Shown one piece after another: positions 1-8,932 of a DNA stretch of 42,834 nt (position 1 is the stretch's first letter; the number at the start of each line of letters is the position of its first letter). The stretch is from the sequence record SRR31156797_5435; one strand, 5' to 3'. The notes under the pieces are model-generated. The model was not told where the DNA came from. It worked only from the letters and a program-made list of their open reading frames with translations, and did not search any database. Both the position numbers and the translations under genes were made by a program.

Positions 1-510
1 TGCTTCCGCAGAGTCATTCTCTTCTTCAGTCGAATCAGTGTCTTCGGCCTCCGTATGATCTAAGATCAGCAGGCGCTGCGTAGCAGCCTCGGCAACGATG
101 ATCTCATATTCTCCGATCGTATCCACAAGAATCGGTAAGACAAAAGTCGTTTGTGGGGTCTCGCTGTTCAGCTGCCACACACCTTCGTGGTCTGTTGCTA
201 CCACCGTTAGTTCATCGTTCAAAGCTTCCTGATCAATGCTTATTTCCTGAGGCAACGCGATGTCCACCGTTTCGAGGGCAACTTCTGAGTAGAAAATAAA
301 ATCTATTACGTGCTCGACCTCGCCTTGGATCAGTTCCTCCGCAAAGGAGATTTCTCCACTCACTTCATCGTCGGCCTTCTCCTCGTGTTCTTCCTCTGGT
401 GTCCACGAAAAAATCGTCTCGGCATTCATGATTGTTAATGTTGTAATCAGTGGGAGTAAGGCAAGTAGAACCAGCAACCACTTATTTTTTTTGCGAAAAA
501 ATGAGTTCAT
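1..510 (-). CDS. Secreted cell-surface protein, N-terminal part only (runs off window); probably a WxL/Csc-type cell-surface complex component
   Basis: Hand translation from ATG at 510 (SD AGGAG upstream) gives MNSFFRKKNKWLLVLLALLPLITTLTIMNAETIFSW..., a signal peptide then an acidic domain, open to position 1. It lies directly downstream of a small LPxT-anchored gene, as in Csc clusters. The WxL domain itself is not visible. Confidence 0.6.
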   Translation of the reverse strand, partial: MNSFFRKKNKWLLVLLALLPLITTLTIMNAETIFSWTPEEEHEEKADDEVSGEISFAEELIQGEVEHVIDFIFYSEVALETVDIALPQEISIDQEALNDELTVVATDHEGVWQLNSETPQTTFVLPILVDTIGEYEIIVAEAATQRLLILDHTEAEDTDSTEEENDSAEA

Positions 511-555
511 CGCATTCACTCCTAAATGTCATTTCTCTTATTTTCCCCATGGGAT

Positions 556-921
556 CTAGCCCCACTTAGGGAATGTTGATTTCCCTTTTTTGATAAGTTG
601 TTTTACTACGTATATGTTAAGTGCGGTGATCAGCAAGAGACTTCCGAGAATCACCCAATCCAACCGTTGAATGAAGTTTGTCTGGGGCAGCTGCCCGCCG
701 GGTTTACCCGTGTCTTGCGGTGGACGCGGAACAGGACCGGTTGGTGGAGATGGTTCTGGTTGATCCAAAGGCTCATAAATCCCGGTAAACCCCACTGTCC
801 CCTCCGTTTCCGTTGAACGTCTCTCCTCGCCAAAACTCGTTCTTGTAAACCCGAAAGCGAACAATAAGACCAAACATACTTTCAAAGCCCTTCCTCTAAT
901 AGATGCACCGTTGATATCCAT
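556..921 (-). CDS. Small sortase-anchored surface protein (CscD-like; LPQTN motif)
   Basis: Signal peptide, TEGTVGFTG motif, Pro-rich linker, then LPQTN, a hydrophobic segment and a basic tail. Start moved to ATG 921 because of the strong SD GGAGGAGG. Confidence 0.75.
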   Translation of the reverse strand: MDINGASIRGRALKVCLVLLFAFGFTRTSFGEERRSTETEGTVGFTGIYEPLDQPEPSPPTGPVPRPPQDTGKPGGQLPQTNFIQRLDWVILGSLLLITALNIYVVKQLIKKGKSTFPKWG

Positions 922-946
922 TCTCCCTCCTCCTTGTGAGTTGTTC

Positions 947-972
947 ATTTCGAAAACGATCGTTTTTGAGAC
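947..972. promoter_or_regulatory. Palindromic site 1 (core AAAACGATCGTTTT)
   Basis: Perfect 14-bp palindrome at 953-966; 20/26 identical to the reverse complement of site 2. Confidence 0.6.
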
Positions 973-1064
973 GTGTTATTTTATTAAAGCCAATCTCTTT
1001 ACAAAAGCCTAAATAGTACTGTTTATATGGAATTCATTCTATCTTGATCGTAGTCGTACTTGAT

Positions 1065-1090
1065 ATCTCAAAAACCATGGTTTTCAAACA
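1065..1090. promoter_or_regulatory. Palindromic site 2 (core AAAACCATGGTTTT)
   Basis: Perfect 14-bp palindrome at 1071-1084; inverted copy of site 1. Confidence 0.6.
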
Positions 1091-1372
1091 TGTCATACTA
1101 ATTATATCGATGTTCTACTTAGAATAAAATTCACGATATTCCTCGATCGATGAATATCCTGCATGAAGTTAAAAAAAACATACGTTTCATTCATATGTTA
1201 TTGTTGCAACTATTTTAGAAACTTGCCATCTCCCTTTTATACAACAAAAAGCTCAATGATCTTAGATTACGTTATTCCTTTAATCCTCGACACCTTGAAT
1301 CGACGCTTCATGTCAGGCGTCCCTCTCATTTTCTATAAACAAGACTGAACCGTAATTAGCTTGCTAAAATGC

Positions 1373-1442
1373 AAAAAAACAAACAGGTCCAAAAGTTATC
1401 AAAAGAAAAGTCTCTTGATCCATTAAACCTGTTTGTTTTTTT
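1373..1442. terminator. Long-loop hairpin, probable terminator of the rpiR gene
   Basis: 16-bp perfect arms AAAAAAACAAACAGGT/ACCTGTTTGTTTTTTT with a 38-nt loop, just past the rpiR stop. Confidence 0.55.
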
Positions 1443-1466
1443 CATTTATTAAAGGAAAAATGTAGC

Positions 1467-2207
1467 TTATTCCCCTGCGGATAAAGAAAACTGACGAACC
1501 GTCTCCGACAACGCTTCGACTAAGAAAAGGCAAGGAATTTGCGTCGTCAAATCTTCATACTTGTTGATGCGTTTCACATCAACTGAATAGTCTAAGACAT
1601 AATCGGACATTCGCCCCAGTGTGCTGTTGGCGTCACTGGTGATTGCTACAGTGGTGAAGTCAGGATTATTACGAAAGCCATTGACCACTTCAATGATCTC
1701 GGTGGTCGTTCCGGTGATTGAAAGGACCACGATCATATTGTCTGACGTATGTTTCAGCTTCGCAAAGATTGGATAGGTATTATCCACCAAAGCATAACTG
1801 TTAAATCCGATCGTGGCAAAACGGCGGGCAGCATATTCACACATTGAACCTGACGCACCGATGCCATAAAAAATAATATTCTCACATTCCAGCATTCGTT
1901 CAGCGATTCGCCGGATTTTTCCTTCGATGTCTCGCGGGAAGCGTTCCGGATCCAAAACGGTCATACTGCTAAAAAAACTGACAGCATCTAACTCAGGTGC
2001 TTTGAACTGGGTACGAAATTCTGTAAAGCTCTCATACCCTAATTTACGGATAAAGCGCATAACAGAAGAAGCTGAGGTGTGGGATTCAAGCGCGATCTCA
2101 CGGACCCGCATATAGGGAATCTTATCACTTTGGCTCGACATATAATGATAAATCGCACGATCGGTCTCTGATAACTCATTGAAATCGATTTTTCCAAAAA
2201 AAGACAT
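1467..2207 (-). CDS. MurR/RpiR family transcriptional regulator (HTH_6 + SIS)
   Basis: N-terminal SASSVMRFIRKLGYESFTEF HTH; SIS domain motifs IIFYGIGAS and VLSITGTT. Confidence 0.92.
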   Translation of the reverse strand: MSFFGKIDFNELSETDRAIYHYMSSQSDKIPYMRVREIALESHTSASSVMRFIRKLGYESFTEFRTQFKAPELDAVSFFSSMTVLDPERFPRDIEGKIRRIAERMLECENIIFYGIGASGSMCEYAARRFATIGFNSYALVDNTYPIFAKLKHTSDNMIVVLSITGTTTEIIEVVNGFRNNPDFTTVAITSDANSTLGRMSDYVLDYSVDVKRINKYEDLTTQIPCLFLVEALSETVRQFSLSAGE

Positions 2208-2264
2208 AGTAAACGCTCCTATTTTCTCATTCTCCTATCAATGTACCACAAGCTAGCAAAAACA

Positions 2265-2684
2265 TCACAACTGTTTGATAAGAAATAATTCCATCGGCTG
2301 TTCAAATCCAGGACTTGTCAAAAGTAACCCACCGGCATCTTGGTAACCAAGGTTGCGATAGAAATGCTGTGCCTGCTCGTCGACTTGCGTGGAAGTCAAA
2401 CAAAGAGCATGGCCGGCTGCTTTTTGCTGTTGTTCCCAATAAGTAACCAACCGTTTCCCAAGTCCCTTGCCTTGATGCGCTTCTGCGATCACTAACATGG
2501 TACAAAAAGGAATCGTGTCCCAGAAAAAATTGTAGCGCAGTAACCCTACTGGCTGTTCGTCTGCAACTATCACATAAGCAGTTTTTTCCATTATCTTTTT
2601 GGCGAAGACTTCCTTTGGTAAGTGAGTATCCAAAGAAAACCAAAACGCTTGATCTGCAGCTATTGCCGGTCGAATCGTAATCAC
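2265..2684 (-). CDS. GNAT family N-acetyltransferase
   Basis: Motif A HQGKGLGKRL and C-terminal AQHFYRNLGY. Confidence 0.9.
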   Translation of the reverse strand: MITIRPAIAADQAFWFSLDTHLPKEVFAKKIMEKTAYVIVADEQPVGLLRYNFFWDTIPFCTMLVIAEAHQGKGLGKRLVTYWEQQQKAAGHALCLTSTQVDEQAQHFYRNLGYQDAGGLLLTSPGFEQPMELFLIKQL

Positions 2685-2741
2685 TGATTTTTCGTCCCTT
2701 CCTGCTGTTTTTTTGTCTTATCGTAGAGAAAATGTTCTATT

Positions 2742-4508
2742 TTAGTCACTTTCCGTCTTTTCGTATTCAGAAAGCAATGCTAAAAAGGCATCGCCATACT
2801 TATCCAATTTGTTTTGGCCAACCCCTTTGATCTGTAAAAAATCGATCGGCGTTTTTGGCTGAACTTCCGCCAATTCTCGCAGTGTTTTATCAGAAAAAAC
2901 GACATATGGCGGCAAATTTTGTTCTTGTGCGAGATTCAATCGTAGGGTGCGCAGTTGATCGAACAGTTCATCATCAACCACTAACTGTTTGACTTTGGTT
3001 TGTTTTCTATAAACTTTTGCTTTTCCAAGCAACACATCAATCCCCGCATTGGTCACACTTAACAAAGGGTATTGCCCTTCTGACGGCAAAAGATACCCTG
3101 ATGCTGTTAAATAATCGATCAGCTGATTGACTTCCTTTTGAGACCAATCTTTCATTAATCCATAAGTTGGTAACTTTTCAAAGCCCCACTGTTTGACTTT
3201 TTGGTCGCCAGAGCCCGTTAGCACTTTCCCCACCAAGGCTTTCCCGAAGCGTTCGCCCATTCGTTTCACACATGACAACACTTTTTGTGTATCCACTGTG
3301 ATATCCACTTGTTCTCTTTCATCAAGGCAATTGCTGCAACGACCGCAATCGGGGCCATCTTCTCCAAAATAACGCAAAATATAGCGCTGTAAGCACAGTT
3401 GGGTATGTCCGTATTGGCTCATCTCCCGCAATTTCAAGTATTCGTTTTGGCGATAAAGAATATCTGATTCGGATTGATCGATAAAGAATTGCTGAATCTG
3501 CATGTCTTGTGGAGCATAAAGTAAGATCGCATCACTAGGTTCACCGTCTCGTCCGGCACGCCCGGCTTCCTGATAATAAGACTCCAAATTTCCAGGTATC
3601 TGGGCATGGATCACGAAACGGACATTGCTTTTGTTGATTCCCATCCCGAATGCATTGGTCGCTACCATCACTTGCAGGCGGTCATAAAGAAATTCTTCTT
3701 GGAAAAATGAGCGCTCTTCTTCTGAAAGTCCGCCATGGTAATACCCGACGGACACGCGTTCATGTTTCAACAGGTGATAGATCCGTTCCACTTCCTTGCG
3801 GGTACTGGCGTAAATGATACCTGATTGTCCTTGGTTCATTTTCAAATACGTTGTGATGAAGGTATCTTTTTGATCCTTGACGACTTGAAAAGCCAAATTT
3901 TCCCGAGCAAACCCGGTTTTGACTTGATTTTCTGCCGGAATTGAAAGTAAGTTTTCGATGTCTTCGGCAACTTTGGGTGTAGCTGTCGCGGTAAGGGCAA
4001 CGATCGTTGGCTTCTGCTCCCAGTTTTCGATCGTTTCGGCGAGTCGCAGATAGCTCGGGCGAAAATCATGTCCCCATTGGGAAATACAGTGGGCTTCATC
4101 AACGGCCAATAAAGCGATCGGCATCTGCCGCAATGAGTAGCGGAAAGATTCTGAGTCTAAGCGTTCTGGCGAAACATACAGCAGTTTGATTCGCCCTTGG
4201 CGTGCATCTTGCAAGCGCTGATTGATCTGCGCTCCTGTCAAGGAAGAATTGATATACGCTGCTGGGATCCCCATATCAACGAGGCTATCTACTTGGTCTT
4301 TCATTAATGAAATCAAAGGGGAGATGACCAAGGTCACTCCATCCAGCAAGAGCGCTGGCAATTGATAACAAATGGATTTCCCTCCACCTGTGGGCATGAT
4401 TCCCAAAACATTTTGTTGTGTTAAAATAGATTGAATAATCGTCTCTTGACCTTCACGAAACTGTGAATAGCCAAAATGTTCTTTTAAGACTGTTTGAATA
4501 GTTTGCAT
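2742..4508 (-). CDS. recQ: ATP-dependent DNA helicase RecQ
   Basis: PTGGGKS, DEAHCISQWGHDFRP, QEAGRAGRDG, Zn-binding CGRCSNC, RQC and HRDC (LPPYVVFSDKTL) domains. Confidence 0.97.
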   Translation of the reverse strand: MQTIQTVLKEHFGYSQFREGQETIIQSILTQQNVLGIMPTGGGKSICYQLPALLLDGVTLVISPLISLMKDQVDSLVDMGIPAAYINSSLTGAQINQRLQDARQGRIKLLYVSPERLDSESFRYSLRQMPIALLAVDEAHCISQWGHDFRPSYLRLAETIENWEQKPTIVALTATATPKVAEDIENLLSIPAENQVKTGFARENLAFQVVKDQKDTFITTYLKMNQGQSGIIYASTRKEVERIYHLLKHERVSVGYYHGGLSEEERSFFQEEFLYDRLQVMVATNAFGMGINKSNVRFVIHAQIPGNLESYYQEAGRAGRDGEPSDAILLYAPQDMQIQQFFIDQSESDILYRQNEYLKLREMSQYGHTQLCLQRYILRYFGEDGPDCGRCSNCLDEREQVDITVDTQKVLSCVKRMGERFGKALVGKVLTGSGDQKVKQWGFEKLPTYGLMKDWSQKEVNQLIDYLTASGYLLPSEGQYPLLSVTNAGIDVLLGKAKVYRKQTKVKQLVVDDELFDQLRTLRLNLAQEQNLPPYVVFSDKTLRELAEVQPKTPIDFLQIKGVGQNKLDKYGDAFLALLSEYEKTESD

Positions 4509-4626
4509 AATACCCTCTTTTCCATTTCCTTATTATACGCAATTAAGTACGCAAAGAAAACGGCATTAAGAGAACTTTCGCTTTTTATTCGCTTTTCAAT
4601 GAAATCAAACAAAGGAGTCTTCTACT

Positions 4627-5742
4627 ATGAAAAAAGTTATGATTATCGGCGGTGGGATCATCGGTTTGACCCTCGCCAATTATCTTGATAAAACCAAATT
4701 TGACGTGACTGTCATTGATTCCCTCATCGGTCAAGCAACATCTGCCAGCGCTGGCATCATTTCCCCTTGGCTATCCAAACGCCGCAATAAAAAATGGTAC
4801 CAGTTAGCACAAGACGGAGCCGCTTTCTTCCCGAAATTGGTACGGGATTTTGCTTTAGATGAATCCATCTATGCCCCATGTGGCACTTTGGTAGTGCGAC
4901 CAGAAAAGGCGCTTCAAGAACTGGCAGAATTAGCTGAAAATCGACGTAAGGCGGCACCAGGAATCGGCGAAATCGACTTACTGACGGGCTCACAAACCAA
5001 AGAGGTATTGCCGTTACTAAAAGAAATGCCCTCTTTACGAATCACAGGCGGTGGCCGCTTAGATGGTCAGGCTTATCTTGCCCACTTAAAAGCAAACGCT
5101 CAGCAGCAGCAAGTGACTTTTATTGAAGAAAAAGCTGAGATCGTCAGAACCGACAACCATTGGCAAATCAAAACCAAGGATCACTTTCTTGAAACCGAGA
5201 TTCTTTGCCTGACAGCTGGACCGGGATTACTAGACTTGTTATCACCTTTAGGGTATCAGGTTGATATCCGTCCGCAAAAAGGCCAGTTGCTCTCTTTTGC
5301 CACCAACCTGCCGACAAACAGTTGGCCGGTCGCCATGCTAGAAGGCGAAGGCGACTTGATTCCCTTCTCTAATGGTCAAATGTTATTAGGCGCTACTCAT
5401 GAAAATGATGCTGGTTGGGATTTGACACCTACTGAAGCAGCCCAACAGCAATTGATGACAGGAATCGGTGCTTTTCTTGAAGACCCCGAAGCACTCTTTG
5501 CTGCCCCAATGACTATGCGAGTCGGCACACGCGCTTACACCTCTGATTTTGCGCCTTTCTTTGGGGAAGTGCCTGATGAAACGAATTTGTTCGCCGCCAG
5601 CGGGCTAGGTTCTTCCGGTTTAACGACGGGACCTTACATCGGTTATCTTCTAGCAAATCGGATCAATGAGGTACATGCGCAACCAACAGACTTCTCGTGC
5701 TACACCAAACCGATGACAGAGTATATCAAGAAGCGCCTTTGA
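4627..5742 (+). CDS. FAD-dependent oxidoreductase, D-amino-acid/glycine oxidase (DAO) family
   Basis: GGGIIG dinucleotide-binding fold, ASAGIISPW, RPQKGQ, GLGSSGLTTGP. Confidence 0.88.
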   Translation: MKKVMIIGGGIIGLTLANYLDKTKFDVTVIDSLIGQATSASAGIISPWLSKRRNKKWYQLAQDGAAFFPKLVRDFALDESIYAPCGTLVVRPEKALQELAELAENRRKAAPGIGEIDLLTGSQTKEVLPLLKEMPSLRITGGGRLDGQAYLAHLKANAQQQQVTFIEEKAEIVRTDNHWQIKTKDHFLETEILCLTAGPGLLDLLSPLGYQVDIRPQKGQLLSFATNLPTNSWPVAMLEGEGDLIPFSNGQMLLGATHENDAGWDLTPTEAAQQQLMTGIGAFLEDPEALFAAPMTMRVGTRAYTSDFAPFFGEVPDETNLFAASGLGSSGLTTGPYIGYLLANRINEVHAQPTDFSCYTKPMTEYIKKRL

Positions 5743-5754
5743 TAGGAAACCACT

Positions 5755-5788
5755 AAAAAACCACCAGAACCGTTACGGTCTGGTGGTT
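5755..5788. terminator. Intrinsic terminator between convergent genes
   Basis: AACCACCAGA/TCTGGTGGTT stem with an A6 run on the left (U-tract for the minus strand). Confidence 0.7.
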
Positions 5789-5835
5789 GTGCTGTTTGAT
5801 TCTTGTAAAATTACGGACAATTTCCTAACTACTAG

Positions 5836-6846
5836 TTAAACATATTCTCCTGTTTCCCAATAATCGAGTAAAACTTCATTGATGATCTCACGATCCAGTG
5901 GTTCACGGATATCATCATCAAAGGCATCTTCGATCGGGACATCGCCCACAGCTTTGATACAAACCGGGACGACCGGATTCGGATGATCCTCTGCTGTCAA
6001 CACTTTTTCAATCTTGATCTTATGTGTCCAATCTGCCCCCATATCATAAATATAGGTCATGGACTTACAATACTGAAAATCTTGGTCAATAGCGGACGCA
6101 TCCGTTGGAACGGAATTGCCTAAGCCGATCGATTTCGAGCCGGCAATAAACAAATACAAATGTTGATTCATCCACTCAAAGGCAATCTGGATCAAAATAT
6201 GTAGCTGTTCATAGGTCAGCCCTGCAGGAATAATCAAACGACGCCAAATTGGCGGACGGTATCCTTCTAAATCAATACGGACCTGATAGGCGACCGGCGT
6301 ATCTGCTGCGTCATCAAAGGCCGTATGTTTTGTTGGAAATGGGACGATTTTTGGCGAGATTGCAGCAATCCGTGGGTCATCAACGGGCAATAGATCATGT
6401 TCTTCGGGATCGGTGTCTTTAATCATTGCTAACATCGCTTCTTTCTTTTCAGCTGACCAAAACTGTGGTTTGGACATCCGAGCGAAAAAGATAGGTTGTT
6501 TTTCAGCCAATACAAAGGCAATTTCTAGGTATTGCGATTTGGTAATATGCTTTTCTTTATACATGCAGTAATAAAAGTCTTCAATGGCTGTTTTGGCAAA
6601 CGGAAGAAAATTTAGACTGTACGGTACTTCTTGAGGCAGCATTTCAGTATATACCCATTCAACAAAGACTTTGTCTTTTAGTTTGGTCATGCCGCCATCT
6701 GTTTCCGCGCAAAAGATCAAGTAAAAAACAGGATCTAAGTAATGCTCAAGATCGTCGTCACTAACCACACTGGGTCCGCCATACAAATCAACGTGATCCA
6801 TCATCCGGTCAATCACTTTCGCTAATTTCTTCAATGTTTTTTCCAA
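5836..6846 (-). CDS. pRiA4b ORF-3 family protein with an uncharacterised N-terminal domain
   Basis: C-terminal YQVRIDLEGYRPPIWRRLIIP...LHILIQIAFEW...HLYLF...YIYDMGADWTHKIKIEK. Start set at TTG 6846 (SD AAGGAG), which avoids overlap with adcA. Confidence 0.85.
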   Translation of the reverse strand: MEKTLKKLAKVIDRMMDHVDLYGGPSVVSDDDLEHYLDPVFYLIFCAETDGGMTKLKDKVFVEWVYTEMLPQEVPYSLNFLPFAKTAIEDFYYCMYKEKHITKSQYLEIAFVLAEKQPIFFARMSKPQFWSAEKKEAMLAMIKDTDPEEHDLLPVDDPRIAAISPKIVPFPTKHTAFDDAADTPVAYQVRIDLEGYRPPIWRRLIIPAGLTYEQLHILIQIAFEWMNQHLYLFIAGSKSIGLGNSVPTDASAIDQDFQYCKSMTYIYDMGADWTHKIKIEKVLTAEDHPNPVVPVCIKAVGDVPIEDAFDDDIREPLDREIINEVLLDYWETGEYV

Positions 6847-6911
6847 AAAAATCTCGCTCCTTCCTATCAAGTTTACTTTGACGAAAAGAGCGAGGATTGT
6901 CAATCTTTTTT

Positions 6912-8450
6912 TTAATGGGAGAGCATTTCCTGTGCAATTTCTAATCCGCTCATCCCCGTTGGGTAATAGGTCGGCCAATGCTCCATTTCCTCTAGTAACG
7001 CTTCATGACTCTCGTTGCCAAAGTAGATATGGAAATGATGTGAAGCACCTGGTGCGATCATATGGTCGCTAAATTGGATATATTTGAACGCCGCATCTTC
7101 ATCGGTGCTTTCAAATAAGAAGCGTACGCCACGATTACCAGCTGAGTAGTTCAAAACCTCTTTGCCAGTATACACATACTTGGCTTCTTTCTCTGTACCA
7201 TCATCAAAAATAAATGTCATTGTATTGTCTGTGATCTTGATCTGAGCAACATCCGTTTGATACCCTGTCGTATAATACTCTTTGTATTCGTCAGCTGTCA
7301 TTTTCTTGTCCATTTTTGCTTTATAATCAAACACTTGATCCAATGTTCCGTCTTGTAAAAATGGGTAAACGGATTGCCAGTCTCCTGCCCAGTCAGATAA
7401 AGGACGGTCTTGTACATCGGCATCCTCAAAGTAGCCGTTATAAACTGTTTTTTCTTTTTCGGCTTCAGCCATTTCTTTGTCATTTGCTACATCGGTGGTT
7501 TTTCTCAAGGCATCGCGGTTTTGCTCCATAATTGAAATGTAGTCTTCCCCGTTATCCATCTGCTCTTGGGTCAAGCCTTCTAATGGGTTCAAAACAGCTA
7601 ATTCAACTCCTGCTTCTGACGCTAACGTCCGGGCAATGCTGTCTTTGGCATTTTCTTCAAAATAGATCGTCTGAATGCCTGTTTCTTGAACGAACTCTTT
7701 TAGTTCTGCGATCCGTGAAGCGGAAGGCTCTTCACTTGGTGAAAGACCGGAGATCGGAACTTGGGTCAATCCGTATTCTAAAGCTAAATAACCAAAAGCG
7801 GCGTGCTGCGTTACAAAATGATTTTGCGCCGGATTGCTAAATGCTTCTTCATACGATTCATGAAGATCTTGTAATTGTGCTAAATAATTTGCCGCATTTT
7901 CAGCAAAGGCTGTCGCTTTCGCTGGATAAGCCTCACTCAGCTGGTCACGGATCGCCTCTACTTGTTTCATGGCTAAGCTTGGGGCTAACCAGACATGGGG
8001 ATCTAATTCATGAGAATGACCATCATCGCCGTGGTCGTGATCGTGGTCGTGGTCATCGTCACCGGGTAACAGGACCATTCCTTCTGTGGCTTTAACCACT
8101 GTCACATCCCCGTCATTTAACGTGGCTTCAATCGAAGGAACCCACATTTCCATGTTCTCATTGTTGTAGACGAAAACATCCGCATCTTGGATCTTTGCCA
8201 TATCTTTTGCAGAAGGTTCATAATCGTGGGAATCAGTGCCTGCGGGCATCAATAATTCAACCTCCCCTTCATCCCCTACAACTTGACGAGCAAAATCATA
8301 CATCGGATAAAACGTAGCCATGACCTGGATTTGTTCATTATCAGAAGCAGCGTTGCCTGATTGTTCAGTTGCATCAGAGCCTCCTTGTCCACAGGCCGCC
8401 AAAGCTAGGGCTACTGTTGATAACATCGTTATTTTAAAAAACTTCTTCAT
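6912..8450 (-). CDS. adcA: Zinc ABC transporter substrate-binding lipoprotein AdcA (ZnuA domain + ZinT domain)
   Basis: Lipobox LAAC, DSHDYEPS, His-rich loop then DPHVWL, C-terminal ZinT domain (DWAGDWQSVYP, HFHIYFG, WPTYYP...EMLSH). ATG 8450 with SD AAGGAG. Confidence 0.95.
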   Translation of the reverse strand: MKKFFKITMLSTVALALAACGQGGSDATEQSGNAASDNEQIQVMATFYPMYDFARQVVGDEGEVELLMPAGTDSHDYEPSAKDMAKIQDADVFVYNNENMEMWVPSIEATLNDGDVTVVKATEGMVLLPGDDDHDHDHDHGDDGHSHELDPHVWLAPSLAMKQVEAIRDQLSEAYPAKATAFAENAANYLAQLQDLHESYEEAFSNPAQNHFVTQHAAFGYLALEYGLTQVPISGLSPSEEPSASRIAELKEFVQETGIQTIYFEENAKDSIARTLASEAGVELAVLNPLEGLTQEQMDNGEDYISIMEQNRDALRKTTDVANDKEMAEAEKEKTVYNGYFEDADVQDRPLSDWAGDWQSVYPFLQDGTLDQVFDYKAKMDKKMTADEYKEYYTTGYQTDVAQIKITDNTMTFIFDDGTEKEAKYVYTGKEVLNYSAGNRGVRFLFESTDEDAAFKYIQFSDHMIAPGASHHFHIYFGNESHEALLEEMEHWPTYYPTGMSGLEIAQEMLSH

Positions 8451-8533
8451 TTTCAAAATACACTCCTTTTTATTTTTCCATATTTCCTTTTCCTCGGCAA
8501 AACACTGATAAATCAATTACGATTTACAAAAAC

Positions 8534-8554
8534 AAAACGTAACGTTTACGTTTT
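8534..8554. promoter_or_regulatory. Zur box upstream of adcA
   Basis: AAAACGTAA-CGT-TTACGTTTT, a 9-3-9 inverted repeat resembling the Firmicute Zur consensus AAATCGTAATnATTACGATTT. A further half-site TTACGATTT lies at 8517-8525. Confidence 0.8.
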
Positions 8555-8568
8555 ACCATCGGTTTTCT

Positions 8569-8597
8569 ACTTTACACAACTATTTACTCCTTGTCAA
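8569..8597 (-). promoter_or_regulatory. Sigma-A promoter for adcA
   Basis: TTGACA (8597-8592), 17 bp, TAAAGT (8574-8569), immediately upstream of the Zur box. Confidence 0.65.
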
Positions 8598-8778
8598 CAG
8601 CTTTTCAAGATGTTTTTTTATATGTAAAAACTTTCATATGTACCACTGCTGATATCATTATTAACTTACTGAATGGATCGGTTGATTCGGCAACAATCGG
8701 CAAATGACGAAAATCGCTATCTATTGTCCTTTGTCGCCTCCTGTGCTACACTCGAGGGGTAATTGAATACAAGATTAT

Positions 8779-8861
8779 CCACTAGGGGCGCTTTATGCTG
8801 AGATAGACGTATGTCTGGTCCCTTAGAACCTGATTTGGTTAGTACCAACGTAGGGAAGTGG
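8779..8861 (+). ncRNA. TPP riboswitch (THI element)
   Basis: CCACTAGGGG...GCTGAGA...CCCTTAGAACCTGATTTGGTTAGTACCAACGTAGGGAAGTGG with P1 CCACT/AGTGG; upstream of thiamine transport genes. Confidence 0.95.
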
Positions 8862-8877
8862 CAGCGCATGATTTTTC

Positions 8878-8932
8878 GCGTTCCCATTTTTTCTGTCTAC
8901 GTGTGGATAGAAAAAGGAGGAACGCTTTTTTT
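8878..8932 (+). terminator. Attenuator terminator of the TPP riboswitch
   Basis: GCGTTCC...GGAACGC closing a long stem followed by T7. Confidence 0.75.

Noticed and set aside
1163-1348. 61-aa plus-strand ORF in the intergenic region
   Set aside because: No SD, no recognisable motif, AT-rich regulatory DNA; likely spurious.
6847-6978. N-terminal extension of the pRiA4b ORF overlapping adcA
   Set aside because: A better start (TTG 6846) with SD AAGGAG removes the overlap.
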